DNA of 39,788 nucleotides from a virus. This document shows positions 9,105 through 15,813 of the stretch, in pieces. The notes beneath the pieces were generated by a model, which had not been told where the DNA came from, made no database searches, and saw only the letters and a list, made by a program, of their open reading frames with translations. The translations under genes were made by a program, and so were the position numbers. Numbering within the stretch: the first letter of the stretch is position 1; each line of letters starts with the position of its first letter. The DNA is taken from the IMG/VR virus record IMGVR_UViG_3300032431_000022. One strand, given 5' to 3'.

Positions 9105-9312
9105 ATGACCAACGCTCAACAATGATCGCAACTGTAGCGACGATCCCAAGCGCAATTAAGACCCCTGCAACCAAAGCTAATCCACCCCAGAAAGGGAGAG
9201 TGACCAACCACCATGGCCAATCAATGACTCCGCAAAGCTTTAGCGTGACAAAAACAACTCCAAGTAAACCAGTAACACCTATGCCGCCTGACGAGATTCT
9301 TTTATCTGACAT
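9097..9312 (-). CDS. Cassette ORF B, small membrane protein (71 aa, about 2 TM)
   Basis: Hydrophobic segments GLLGVVFVTLKLCGV and GGLALVAGVLIALGIVATVAIIV. The TAA stop lies inside the ATAAC box. Leader is ttatcgggtgatttATG. Confidence 0.65.
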   Translation of the reverse strand: MSDKRISSGGIGVTGLLGVVFVTLKLCGVIDWPWWLVTLPFWGGLALVAGVLIALGIVATVAIIVERWSSR

Positions 9313-9318
9313 AAATCA

Positions 9319-9412
9319 CCCGATAACAAAGCGTTCGACCGAAGCACCGGCCAAACATTGATTTGATTGTTAAACGTCAACCGGTGCATCGGTCAACTAT
9401 TTCGTTAGGATG
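9319..9412. repeat. attC-like imperfect hairpin a2 (94 bp)
   Basis: Near-identical to a1, a3 and a6. Left box cccgataac, right box gttaggatg. Confidence 0.8.
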
Positions 9413-9524
9413 ACGGAAAATCCAACCTAACAAACATGATGACAAACCATACAGCCACGCTGAACAGTAAGCCACAGCCAAAACCTAGCCAAAAAATCAA
9501 TCCGTTTTCGCCTTGCTTGTCCAT
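9405..9524 (-). CDS. Cassette ORF C2, 39-aa hydrophobic peptide
   Basis: MDKQGENGLIFWLGFGCGLLFSVAVWFVIMFVRLDFPSS, with one TM segment. The stop lies inside the TAAC box of a2. A short ORF, so uncertain. Confidence 0.4.
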   Translation of the reverse strand: MDKQGENGLIFWLGFGCGLLFSVAVWFVIMFVRLDFPSS

Positions 9525-9568
9525 TGTTTTTTGCTGACTAGATGACTGTTTTTTGCTGACTAGATGAC
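9525..9568. repeat. Exact 22-bp tandem duplication (9525-9546, 9547-9568)
   Basis: tgttttttgctgactagatgac occurs twice, read directly. It spans the stop of ORF C1 and the leader of ORF C2. Confidence 0.9.
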
Positions 9569-9934
9569 AACTTCTTCGGTCTTTATTTGCGGGCGAGGCT
9601 GCAAATCCAACGTTGACCACTCAAATTTTATTTGCAACGCCTCGTCGACGAAACTGTACTCTTCAATTCGCCCATCAAGAGGCGTCGTTTTCTTGACCTT
9701 TTGTCCGCCAAAGAGCCGGTTGATGATTGCGTGCTTTTCCGAATCCTTGAAACACAACCAAAGCGAGACGCGAACGCCTGGAGCACTGCGAGGATGTAGG
9801 GTTATTCGAAAGTCCCCTAGATCGTTGCGATGTTCGTATGCCCATTCCGTGGCTCGTAGCATTCCCTCACGCGCAAGAATCCACCCATGATCAATGCTGT
9901 TTTGTACTTCCGTTTCTTCCGCGATTGCACTCAT
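9560..9934 (-). CDS. Cassette ORF C1, hypothetical (124 aa)
   Basis: Start moved to the in-frame ATG at 9934, outside hairpin a3. Confidence 0.6.
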   Translation of the reverse strand: MSAIAEETEVQNSIDHGWILAREGMLRATEWAYEHRNDLGDFRITLHPRSAPGVRVSLWLCFKDSEKHAIINRLFGGQKVKKTTPLDGRIEEYSFVDEALQIKFEWSTLDLQPRPQIKTEEVVI

Positions 9935-9941
9935 AATTCCG

Positions 9942-10035
9942 CATCCTAACAAAGCGTTGGACCGAAGCACCGGCCAAACATTGATTTGAAGCTGAATCGT
10001 CAACCGGTGCATCGGTCAACTATTTCGTTATCGGG
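9942..10035. repeat. attC-like imperfect hairpin a3 (94 bp)
   Basis: Same core as a1. Left box catcctaac, right box gttatcggg. Confidence 0.8.
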
Positions 10036-10264
10036 ACAGATTATTTTCGACCTGTTCCCGCCAATTTTTATTTCTAGCGTCCAGTTCATCGGCAATTACC
10101 CGAAGGTCTTTTGCAGACAATGCGCCACGATCCTTGATCCAGAAATATTGGAACCCGTCATCTAGTGGCCCAATCTCTTTGTGCTTATTCAGACTCGAAA
10201 TCACTTTGCGTCGGTGAATCGCATCGTCAGTATTCTGTCCCCATTCGCGGTTTGAATCACTCAT
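10028..10264 (-). CDS. Cassette ORF D, hypothetical (78 aa)
   Basis: Stop lies inside the ATAAC box of a3. ATG is 14 nt from the GTT box of a4. Confidence 0.6.
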   Translation of the reverse strand: MSDSNREWGQNTDDAIHRRKVISSLNKHKEIGPLDDGFQYFWIKDRGALSAKDLRVIADELDARNKNWREQVENNLSR

Positions 10265-10270
10265 TTACTG

Positions 10271-10365
10271 CCCTATAACAAAGCGTTGGACCGAAGCCGT
10301 CCGCAGCCTTTAAATTGATTGATATTCTTTTGTTGACGGCATCGGTCAACTATTTCGTTATGCGG
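10271..10365. repeat. attC-like imperfect hairpin a4 (95 bp), divergent sequence with the same fold
   Basis: Stem gaccgaAgccgtc / gacggcAtcggtc. The distal stem changes compensatorily relative to a1, and the A.A mismatch is retained. Confidence 0.8.
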
Positions 10366-10385
10366 ACGGTTTCCCGCAAATCTCT

Positions 10386-10649
10386 TTATTCGATTTGCGT
10401 ATTTTTCTTAGCCTCAATGACATGGCTAACAAACGCCCATTCTTTCCAATCTTTCTGTACATCTCGGCATCCACGATTGGCTGCTTCGGCCATCGCCATT
10501 ACGTCGACGGTACAAAGGCATTGGTCTTTTGACGGTTCAAACGCACATCCCGCAAGCAATGCAATCGGCACGCTTAACTCGTCAGATAGTCCACCTGCTG
10601 TTTCTATTTCTTTTCGGTCATCGCCGTCGATAACAACAACATCGCACAT
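10386..10649 (-). CDS. Cassette ORF E, hypothetical acidic Cys-containing protein (87 aa)
   Basis: ORF bounded by a4 and a5, flanked by the unit-specific pair gttatgcgg / ccgcataac. Confidence 0.6.
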   Translation of the reverse strand: MCDVVVIDGDDRKEIETAGGLSDELSVPIALLAGCAFEPSKDQCLCTVDVMAMAEAANRGCRDVQKDWKEWAFVSHVIEAKKNTQIE

Positions 10650-10657
10650 AATCGCCG

Positions 10658-10751
10658 CCGCATAACAAAGTCATGCATCGAAGTCCCCGTCGACGCTTGT
10701 TTTGATGGTAAATCACCGAGCGGGGACTCGATGATGACATTCGTTATCGGG
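10658..10751. repeat. attC-like imperfect hairpin a5 (94 bp), most divergent sequence with the same fold
   Basis: tcat[g]catcga[a]gtccccg pairs with cggggactcgatgatga. Two single-base bulges sit on the plus-strand 5' arm. Confidence 0.75.
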
Positions 10752-10965
10752 ATGAAACGTCCGCGTCGATTGAATTGACGTGAACTTTCAAAATCATCGC
10801 CTCATACCATGGTATATCGATTCCTCTTGTTTCTTTGATCCACCGAGACTTCGCCCGCCCATCCAGGTACGCCAGCGGAGACACCAGCAATCCAACGAAA
10901 ACCACTATCACTATCGTCATGCCAAAGACAGAACAGAGAAACTTAAATACTTCAGACCAATTCAT
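10744..10965 (-). CDS. Cassette ORF F, small membrane protein (73 aa)
   Basis: TM segment FGMTIVIVVFVGLLVSPLAYL. Stop lies inside the ATAAC box. Same leader as ORF B (ttatcgggtgatttATG). Confidence 0.65.
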   Translation of the reverse strand: MNWSEVFKFLCSVFGMTIVIVVFVGLLVSPLAYLDGRAKSRWIKETRGIDIPWYEAMILKVHVNSIDADVSSR

Positions 10966-10971
10966 AAATCA

Positions 10972-11065
10972 CCCGATAACAAAGCGTTGGACCGAAGCAC
11001 CGGCCAAACATTGATTTGAAGTTGAACCGTCAACCGGTGCATCGGTCAACTATTTCGTTATCCCG
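10972..11065. repeat. attC-like imperfect hairpin a6 (94 bp)
   Basis: Same core as a1-a3. Left box cccgataac, right box gttatcccg. Confidence 0.8.
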
Positions 11066-11066
11066 A

Positions 11067-11744
11067 TCAAAACAGCACGCCTTGCGACAGTCGCTTGGCC
11101 GCTATCTCGCAATACTCTTCGCTGATCTCAATCAGCGTTGCCTTACGGCCTTCGGCTTTCGCCGCAACGCCGGTTGTTCCACTCCCCGAAAACGGGTCGA
11201 GGATTGTTTTGACTTCTTCGCCAGCATGCCCTATGCACCACTTCATCAAGCCTAAAGGCTTTTCTGTTGGGTGGCTTTTTCCGTTCGTGTGTGCTTCTAC
11301 CCTGCTCATCCTGAACGTCTTGCACGGCTTATCTAAAGTCGTCCAAGCCGCTTCAAAATCACTGCCACTAAACTCCTGAATCTTGTCCCATGTCAACCAG
11401 CACCTGGACGGCTTTACGCTAAAATAGTTTCCACCCCAAACGATGTGCTTGCCTGCCGCCTCTAAAATCGCATCCATTAACCATTGGCTTGGTGTTGCGT
11501 TATCCCATTGGAAACTATCAAACTCCTTTCGCTTCGCGCCTGCTTGCATTTGCATCTTGCCAACTCCAATCCCATACGGTGGATCGGTCAACAGAAGATC
11601 GAACTTCCCCAGGAAGGGTAAAACCTGCCGACAATCTGCGTTGTAAATCGTCACCGCTTCATCCTGATAGTACGGACGAAAGGGTACTGACGGGATAACA
11701 ATTGCATGAACCGGAGCAACCGGCGGTATTTCATTTTGAATCAT
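11067..11744 (-). CDS. DNA methyltransferase, beta-class N6A/N4C (225 aa)
   Basis: LLLTDPPYG precedes DPFSGSGTTGVAA, the motif order typical of beta-class N6_N4 methyltransferases. Start placed at MIQNEI, preceded by GAGGA. Confidence 0.85.
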   Translation of the reverse strand: MIQNEIPPVAPVHAIVIPSVPFRPYYQDEAVTIYNADCRQVLPFLGKFDLLLTDPPYGIGVGKMQMQAGAKRKEFDSFQWDNATPSQWLMDAILEAAGKHIVWGGNYFSVKPSRCWLTWDKIQEFSGSDFEAAWTTLDKPCKTFRMSRVEAHTNGKSHPTEKPLGLMKWCIGHAGEEVKTILDPFSGSGTTGVAAKAEGRKATLIEISEEYCEIAAKRLSQGVLF

Positions 11745-11772
11745 AATTTTTCCTCGGTTGACCCGGTTATGC
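11691..11772. repeat. Degenerate attC-like site overlapping the methyltransferase 5' end
   Basis: cgggataac (11691-11699) is the exact complement of the a6 right box. The following arm aacaattgcatgaaccggagcaaccgg resembles the consensus arm. gttatgc lies at 11766-11772. Confidence 0.4.
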
Positions 11773-11782
11773 AAAGCGTTCA

Positions 11783-12205
11783 TCAGACCGGTTTAACGTA
11801 TTCGAACTCGATCCGCGTTACCTCTGTTTCAGGACTACATTTCATGTGTCCAGCAAACATTTCAACAAACTCCTTGCCTGTCATGCCGGGAAAACCCTCC
11901 ATCTCGCATTCTCCACGACCGTAGCCAGAGCTTTGGAGCATAGTGTCAAGCGACTCAAACGTAACATCCACAACCCGGATTTGTCCCAGTCGCTGAATCT
12001 GTTCGCCGGGCCTAAGTCCCATGCACTTAACGCACGCGTTTAGAATCTGTCCCGGTTTAAGATTCTTCCATCCAACGCGACGAGTGACGGTTTTGGTCCG
12101 TTTCCGAATTTGGTCTGTCGTTAGGGCAAACGATATATTTCTCGGCACGATGAACAATCCAATGCAACCGAGTTGCGGGTAAAGGTTTTTGAAGTGGAAA
12201 ATCAA
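11783..12205 (-). CDS. ASCH-domain protein (140 aa)
   Basis: ISFALTTDQIRKRTKTVTRRVGW is an ASCH-like N-terminal motif. Confidence 0.55.
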   Translation of the reverse strand: MIFHFKNLYPQLGCIGLFIVPRNISFALTTDQIRKRTKTVTRRVGWKNLKPGQILNACVKCMGLRPGEQIQRLGQIRVVDVTFESLDTMLQSSGYGRGECEMEGFPGMTGKEFVEMFAGHMKCSPETEVTRIEFEYVKPV

Positions 12206-12241
12206 CTGGCCGCAACCGGTTGATTGGAAGCGTTCGTCGTA

Positions 12242-12580
12242 TTACGCAAACTGTTTAGCCGCGTAAATACGTTCGTAATTTGACCGCCTGCGATTCTGAA
12301 AATCCACGACTGATTGCACGCCCTCGAAATCGCACTCGTGAAGCTCATCCATCAGCGCGCCATGACAGTGGCAATGTAAATCGATTTCTTTAATCATGTC
12401 CAGACACGTTTGGCAAGTCCGATAGTCGCTAAAATCACCTTCCCAAAGTCCCTTGGCGTATTCGTGTTGCTCGCCTTTTTCGATAACACGCAAGCACTCA
12501 CTGCATTGATGATCCTTGCGGCCTTTAACGACCTTAGATTCGTAAAATTCTGGTGGGTTGTCCCAGTAGCAATCGCACAT
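12242..12580 (-). CDS. Cys/His-rich hypothetical protein (112 aa)
   Basis: Several CxxC and HCHCH motifs. AGGAG lies upstream of the ATG. Confidence 0.6.
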   Translation of the reverse strand: MCDCYWDNPPEFYESKVVKGRKDHQCSECLRVIEKGEQHEYAKGLWEGDFSDYRTCQTCLDMIKEIDLHCHCHGALMDELHECDFEGVQSVVDFQNRRRSNYERIYAAKQFA

Positions 12581-12665
12581 AACAAACTCCTAAAAGCGAT
12601 GGACCGAAGCCATTGATTAACGTTAATTGCTTAAAACATCTTCTAGCGACGGCATGAGTCATCGC
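12578..12665. repeat. Degenerate attC-like hairpin a7
   Basis: cataacaaa..aaagcgatggaccgaagcc resembles the consensus left arm. The stem 12596-12611 / 12651-12665 keeps the A.A irregularity. No clear right-hand GTT box. Confidence 0.4.
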
Positions 12666-12694
12666 AATCGTCTCCTGATTCATAAACCACGGGC

Positions 12695-13153
12695 CTACCT
12701 CACTTCTGAAATGATTACTGCGAGTTGCTCGTTAAATTCCATTTGCGTTACTTCGTTGTTTTTTAGTTTTTGAGTTAAAGTCACGCCATTGACATATGCG
12801 CGATCGATTCCGTAGTCGAACATTGCTTTTCTTGTTCCGTTAGCTTCGCGTTTTTCGCGGGCTCGTCGTTGCAAATCGGATTCTTGGCGACCCTTGTCGC
12901 GGGTGAACATAGCGGACGCCCGCACCACCAAAGCGATACGATCGTACTCATACGCCTTCGGTGGTTCGCGTCTACCGTGGGTCCAGTCGCCAAGCACGAA
13001 TAAAGCCTCGGAAAACTCAACGCCGCCGAGTACTGAAAACCAAACTTCCATCGTCGCTTTTAGGTCCGGTGATTTGTCCGAAAGCTGGCCAAGGAATGAC
13101 GGAAAAGCCACAAATAATTGCCTCGTAAATTCGGTAAATTGATTGGCATTCAT
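12695..13153 (-). CDS. Hypothetical replication-module protein (152 aa)
   Basis: Position after the DUF1376 gene. Weak resemblance to helicase-loader-type small proteins, not verified. Confidence 0.5.
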   Translation of the reverse strand: MNANQFTEFTRQLFVAFPSFLGQLSDKSPDLKATMEVWFSVLGGVEFSEALFVLGDWTHGRREPPKAYEYDRIALVVRASAMFTRDKGRQESDLQRRAREKREANGTRKAMFDYGIDRAYVNGVTLTQKLKNNEVTQMEFNEQLAVIISEVR

Positions 13154-13905
13154 GCGTCTGCTCCTGCGACAATTGGGATCTTGGGTGGTGATTTTTGAAA
13201 CCTCCCGCCGCTGGGAAACTGCTTCGGTTCCTGAGTTCGATGATCGCCGTTTAGTAGCAAATTCTTCGCGCCCTTAGTCATCGAAAACTCAATGATTTCT
13301 ATTGCTTCTGTCTCGTTTTTGGCGGCCCGGTCGAGGGCCATGATTTGAGATTCCTCAGCGGTCTCGGTCAACGGTTTTTGCTGTTCCGCAAGGTGCTTTC
13401 GCCACCGAGTCCAAGCCTCGGAAAACTTCATCGAATCAAAACCAGCAACCACCCGAGAGTGAGAGAGAGTAATTGAAGAAGAAGATGAAGATGAAGAGCG
13501 GTGTAACATCGGTGTTACATCTGCGTTACAACTACCGTTACTGATATTTTCCTTTCCGTTTTTCCTGTGTTTTGCCACTCTTACCTTTGTGCTCTTGCGA
13601 TCTTCTTCGTCTCGAACCATTCGCCGAGAATAAAAGGCACCGCGTTCATCAACCGAACAAACACACTTTTCAACAAGCTCGACAATGGCCTTCCTCGTAA
13701 CATCCGCGTTACCACCTACAGCCGCAGTCACGTCATCGACAGACCACACACTGGAACCGGTACCGAGAACGCCACGAGGCGAACATTCGAACATAAGGCA
13801 AAGCATATCTACCCACACGCCTCGCGCCGCATGGCTGCAACGACGGACGCATGGATCTTTCATCCAGTCACCTGGATAAAATTGGAACGCTGGCATCTTA
13901 CCCAC
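13150..13905 (-). CDS. DUF1376-family (YdaU-like) phage replication-associated protein (251 aa)
   Basis: N-terminal FQFYPGDWMKD...ARGVWVDMLCLMF matches the DUF1376 pattern. Contains a poly-Ser linker. Confidence 0.55.
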   Translation of the reverse strand: MGKMPAFQFYPGDWMKDPCVRRCSHAARGVWVDMLCLMFECSPRGVLGTGSSVWSVDDVTAAVGGNADVTRKAIVELVEKCVCSVDERGAFYSRRMVRDEEDRKSTKVRVAKHRKNGKENISNGSCNADVTPMLHRSSSSSSSSITLSHSRVVAGFDSMKFSEAWTRWRKHLAEQQKPLTETAEESQIMALDRAAKNETEAIEIIEFSMTKGAKNLLLNGDHRTQEPKQFPSGGRFQKSPPKIPIVAGADA

Positions 13906-14149
13906 GGCTAAATCCTTTTACCGACTCTGAATCAAACCACTTACTATTTTGGTCAGGACTAATAAATGACCCTGACCACCATTGCGATTTCCCGCAAATA
14001 CATTTGAGCCCTTGCTTCGATAACGCTCGCTCATCCTCGGTGTATCGACCACACCGCGAACAACGAGCCATCGCACCCGCATCATGACGAGCCGTCGCCG
14101 CAATGTGCGAGCCTCGTATCGTGATCGTCGTGGTGGGAGTTTCGATCAC
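13898..14149 (-). CDS. Small zinc-ribbon protein (83 aa)
   Basis: CSRCGR...CICGK motif. Coupled to its neighbours. Confidence 0.5.
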   Translation of the reverse strand: MIETPTTTITIRGSHIAATARHDAGAMARCSRCGRYTEDERALSKQGLKCICGKSQWWSGSFISPDQNSKWFDSESVKGFSRG

Positions 14150-15114
14150 GACTTAACCGTCGCTTCCAACTCGGCCTTGCGTTTGCTAAACGCGTTTCGA
14201 ATTGTGACCTTTTGCCCATCGGTAAACGTTCGGTTCTTTGCCTTTTGGTCCCAGTGCTTCCAGTTTCCGGTAAGCTGCGATAAATCGGCTACAGCATCAA
14301 GCGACATGTGTAGATCCGCAGCGATTGATTCCGGTAGAGCCTCGGGGGCCGCGTCGAGTGGGATAGATTGCCTAGGCTTTGTTTTCGTTTGATTCTCGAC
14401 CACCGGCAGCGGTTCCACTGTCGTTACCGTTTCGGCATCTACAGTTTCGTGATTGTCTTGGCTTTCGAAAGACATGCCGGAAACTCGCTCGAAAATCTTT
14501 GCGTACAATTTTCGTTTTGCCTTGCCTTGGATCGCGTCGAAGGTCGTGTAATCTTCGGCCTTTATCGGTATGCGAGTATCTTGCTTTTCGCTTTTCACGC
14601 ACTCGATAAAGCCGTCCCTGCCGTGAAATAACCAAGAGGCTGTCGCACCAACCAACGCGACCTTGGAGTCGAGTATTTCGGGAACCTCAAGATTGATCTG
14701 AAGGTCTCTTAATCCAGGAAAGTTTTGTAGCCTATTTTCATATCCTTCCTTCGTTGGATACAGATTGCCTGCGATTATGTTAATATTGTTTCCGGTTACG
14801 TCGAAGCCTCGCAAGAATGCCTGGATGCAAACATCGCGAACTATTTCAACGGGGTATCCAACAGGGCCATGTTTAGGTTTCTCGCGATCAGTTCGGAATC
14901 CGACAACGGTCCCCTGCAACGCCATCATGTCCTCCATCACCGCAGGGGTGCATAGAGACTGAAGCGTCCTTAAAGCTCTCGCCAAGACCAATGCTTTCGT
15001 TATTAGGTTTCCGTTTTTCGTAGCTTCGTCAAGATGCTTTTGCAATTCTTTTACGACCTTATCAATCAACTCGCTCGCATGTGGTTGATTGGTCGTTGTT
15101 AATTCATTACTCAT
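14146..15114 (-). CDS. Single-strand annealing protein candidate (RecT/Red-beta-like, 322 aa)
   Basis: Position in the recombination module next to the DUF1064 nuclease. Loose RecT-like central region. Not verified. Confidence 0.4.
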   Translation of the reverse strand: MSNELTTTNQPHASELIDKVVKELQKHLDEATKNGNLITKALVLARALRTLQSLCTPAVMEDMMALQGTVVGFRTDREKPKHGPVGYPVEIVRDVCIQAFLRGFDVTGNNINIIAGNLYPTKEGYENRLQNFPGLRDLQINLEVPEILDSKVALVGATASWLFHGRDGFIECVKSEKQDTRIPIKAEDYTTFDAIQGKAKRKLYAKIFERVSGMSFESQDNHETVDAETVTTVEPLPVVENQTKTKPRQSIPLDAAPEALPESIAADLHMSLDAVADLSQLTGNWKHWDQKAKNRTFTDGQKVTIRNAFSKRKAELEATVKS

Positions 15115-15413
15115 TTATTTACTCGACTCCATTGGGAAACAATTGACTGTAATTCTTTTTTGTTGCATGGCTCGAAAGTATGCGGGCATACCTCGGTACC
15201 ATTGCGGCCAGTAATCTTTTTGACGTCGCAGCGACCCGAACATTGTCCGGCCCACCGCACTCGTTCGCGTTGTGATTTGTGGTATTCGACGAGCGCCATA
15301 CACTCGACCATTGACTCGCTATCGAGTTGCCCGGCAGCGACCATCTGTCGACCGATCTCGAGCATCGGGGTGTCTCCCCAATCCTGCCTGAGTGGTGGTA
15401 ACACTCCGATCAC
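15111..15413 (-). CDS. Hypothetical Cys-rich protein (100 aa)
   Basis: Translationally coupled ORF in the early operon. Confidence 0.5.
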   Translation of the reverse strand: MIGVLPPLRQDWGDTPMLEIGRQMVAAGQLDSESMVECMALVEYHKSQRERVRWAGQCSGRCDVKKITGRNGTEVCPHTFEPCNKKELQSIVSQWSRVNK

Positions 15414-15808
15414 TGGGTAGCTCCTCGGTATTGCAAGACAACCGCCGTTTTTCCGTGCCGCGTCTCGCGTCGCATGTCCGTCTCGATGATCATGTAAACG
15501 TCAAGCAACTCACGGACACGACCGCATACCGTTGTTAAAGGCATCACCATCGATATTGATAGCTCGTCCCGCGTCGCACCCATCAAGCCGAGCTGCCGAA
15601 GTCGCTCCAGCACTCGATCACGATCGCCACCATGTCGTGGCTTGGTCGTATCGCGTACCGCGTTACGATTACGCAACCCGGCGTCCTTAGACTCCGCAGG
15701 CACCTCTTTACGAGCGGCATTGCGGGCGAGTGGCTTGTCCGTCTGCTGATGGTCGTAATGACCACCGGAAACCGGAGCCGCATCCATGTCAAAAAGTGTC
15801 GGTTGCAT
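15410..15808 (-). CDS. Winged-helix-like DNA-binding protein candidate (132 aa)
   Basis: C-terminal DRVLERLRQLGLMGATRDELS...TVCGRVRELL resembles a wHTH. Confidence 0.4.
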   Translation of the reverse strand: MQPTLFDMDAAPVSGGHYDHQQTDKPLARNAARKEVPAESKDAGLRNRNAVRDTTKPRHGGDRDRVLERLRQLGLMGATRDELSISMVMPLTTVCGRVRELLDVYMIIETDMRRETRHGKTAVVLQYRGATQ

Positions 15809-15813
15809 AATGT

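Larger units (their letters stand above)
7580..11065. mobile_element. Integron-like platform: intI plus an array of six well-preserved attC-like sites with small-ORF cassettes
   Basis: See the individual intI, attC-like and cassette features. Degenerate sites continue to about 12665. Confidence 0.8.

Noticed and set aside
9008-11065. Regularly spaced repeats that might be read as a CRISPR array
   Set aside because: The repeats are 94-97 bp, internally palindromic with long loops, and differ in sequence. The spacers are 230-550 bp and each contains a full ORF with start and stop. There are no cas genes. An attC/cassette architecture fits, and CRISPR does not.
12200-12225. Short palindrome aatcaac...gttgatt between the ASCH and Cys-rich genes as another attC relic
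   Set aside because: There are only 7-bp arms and no AAC/GTT boxes with unit-specific partners. It is mentioned in the fossil-cassette finding but is too weak to stand alone.
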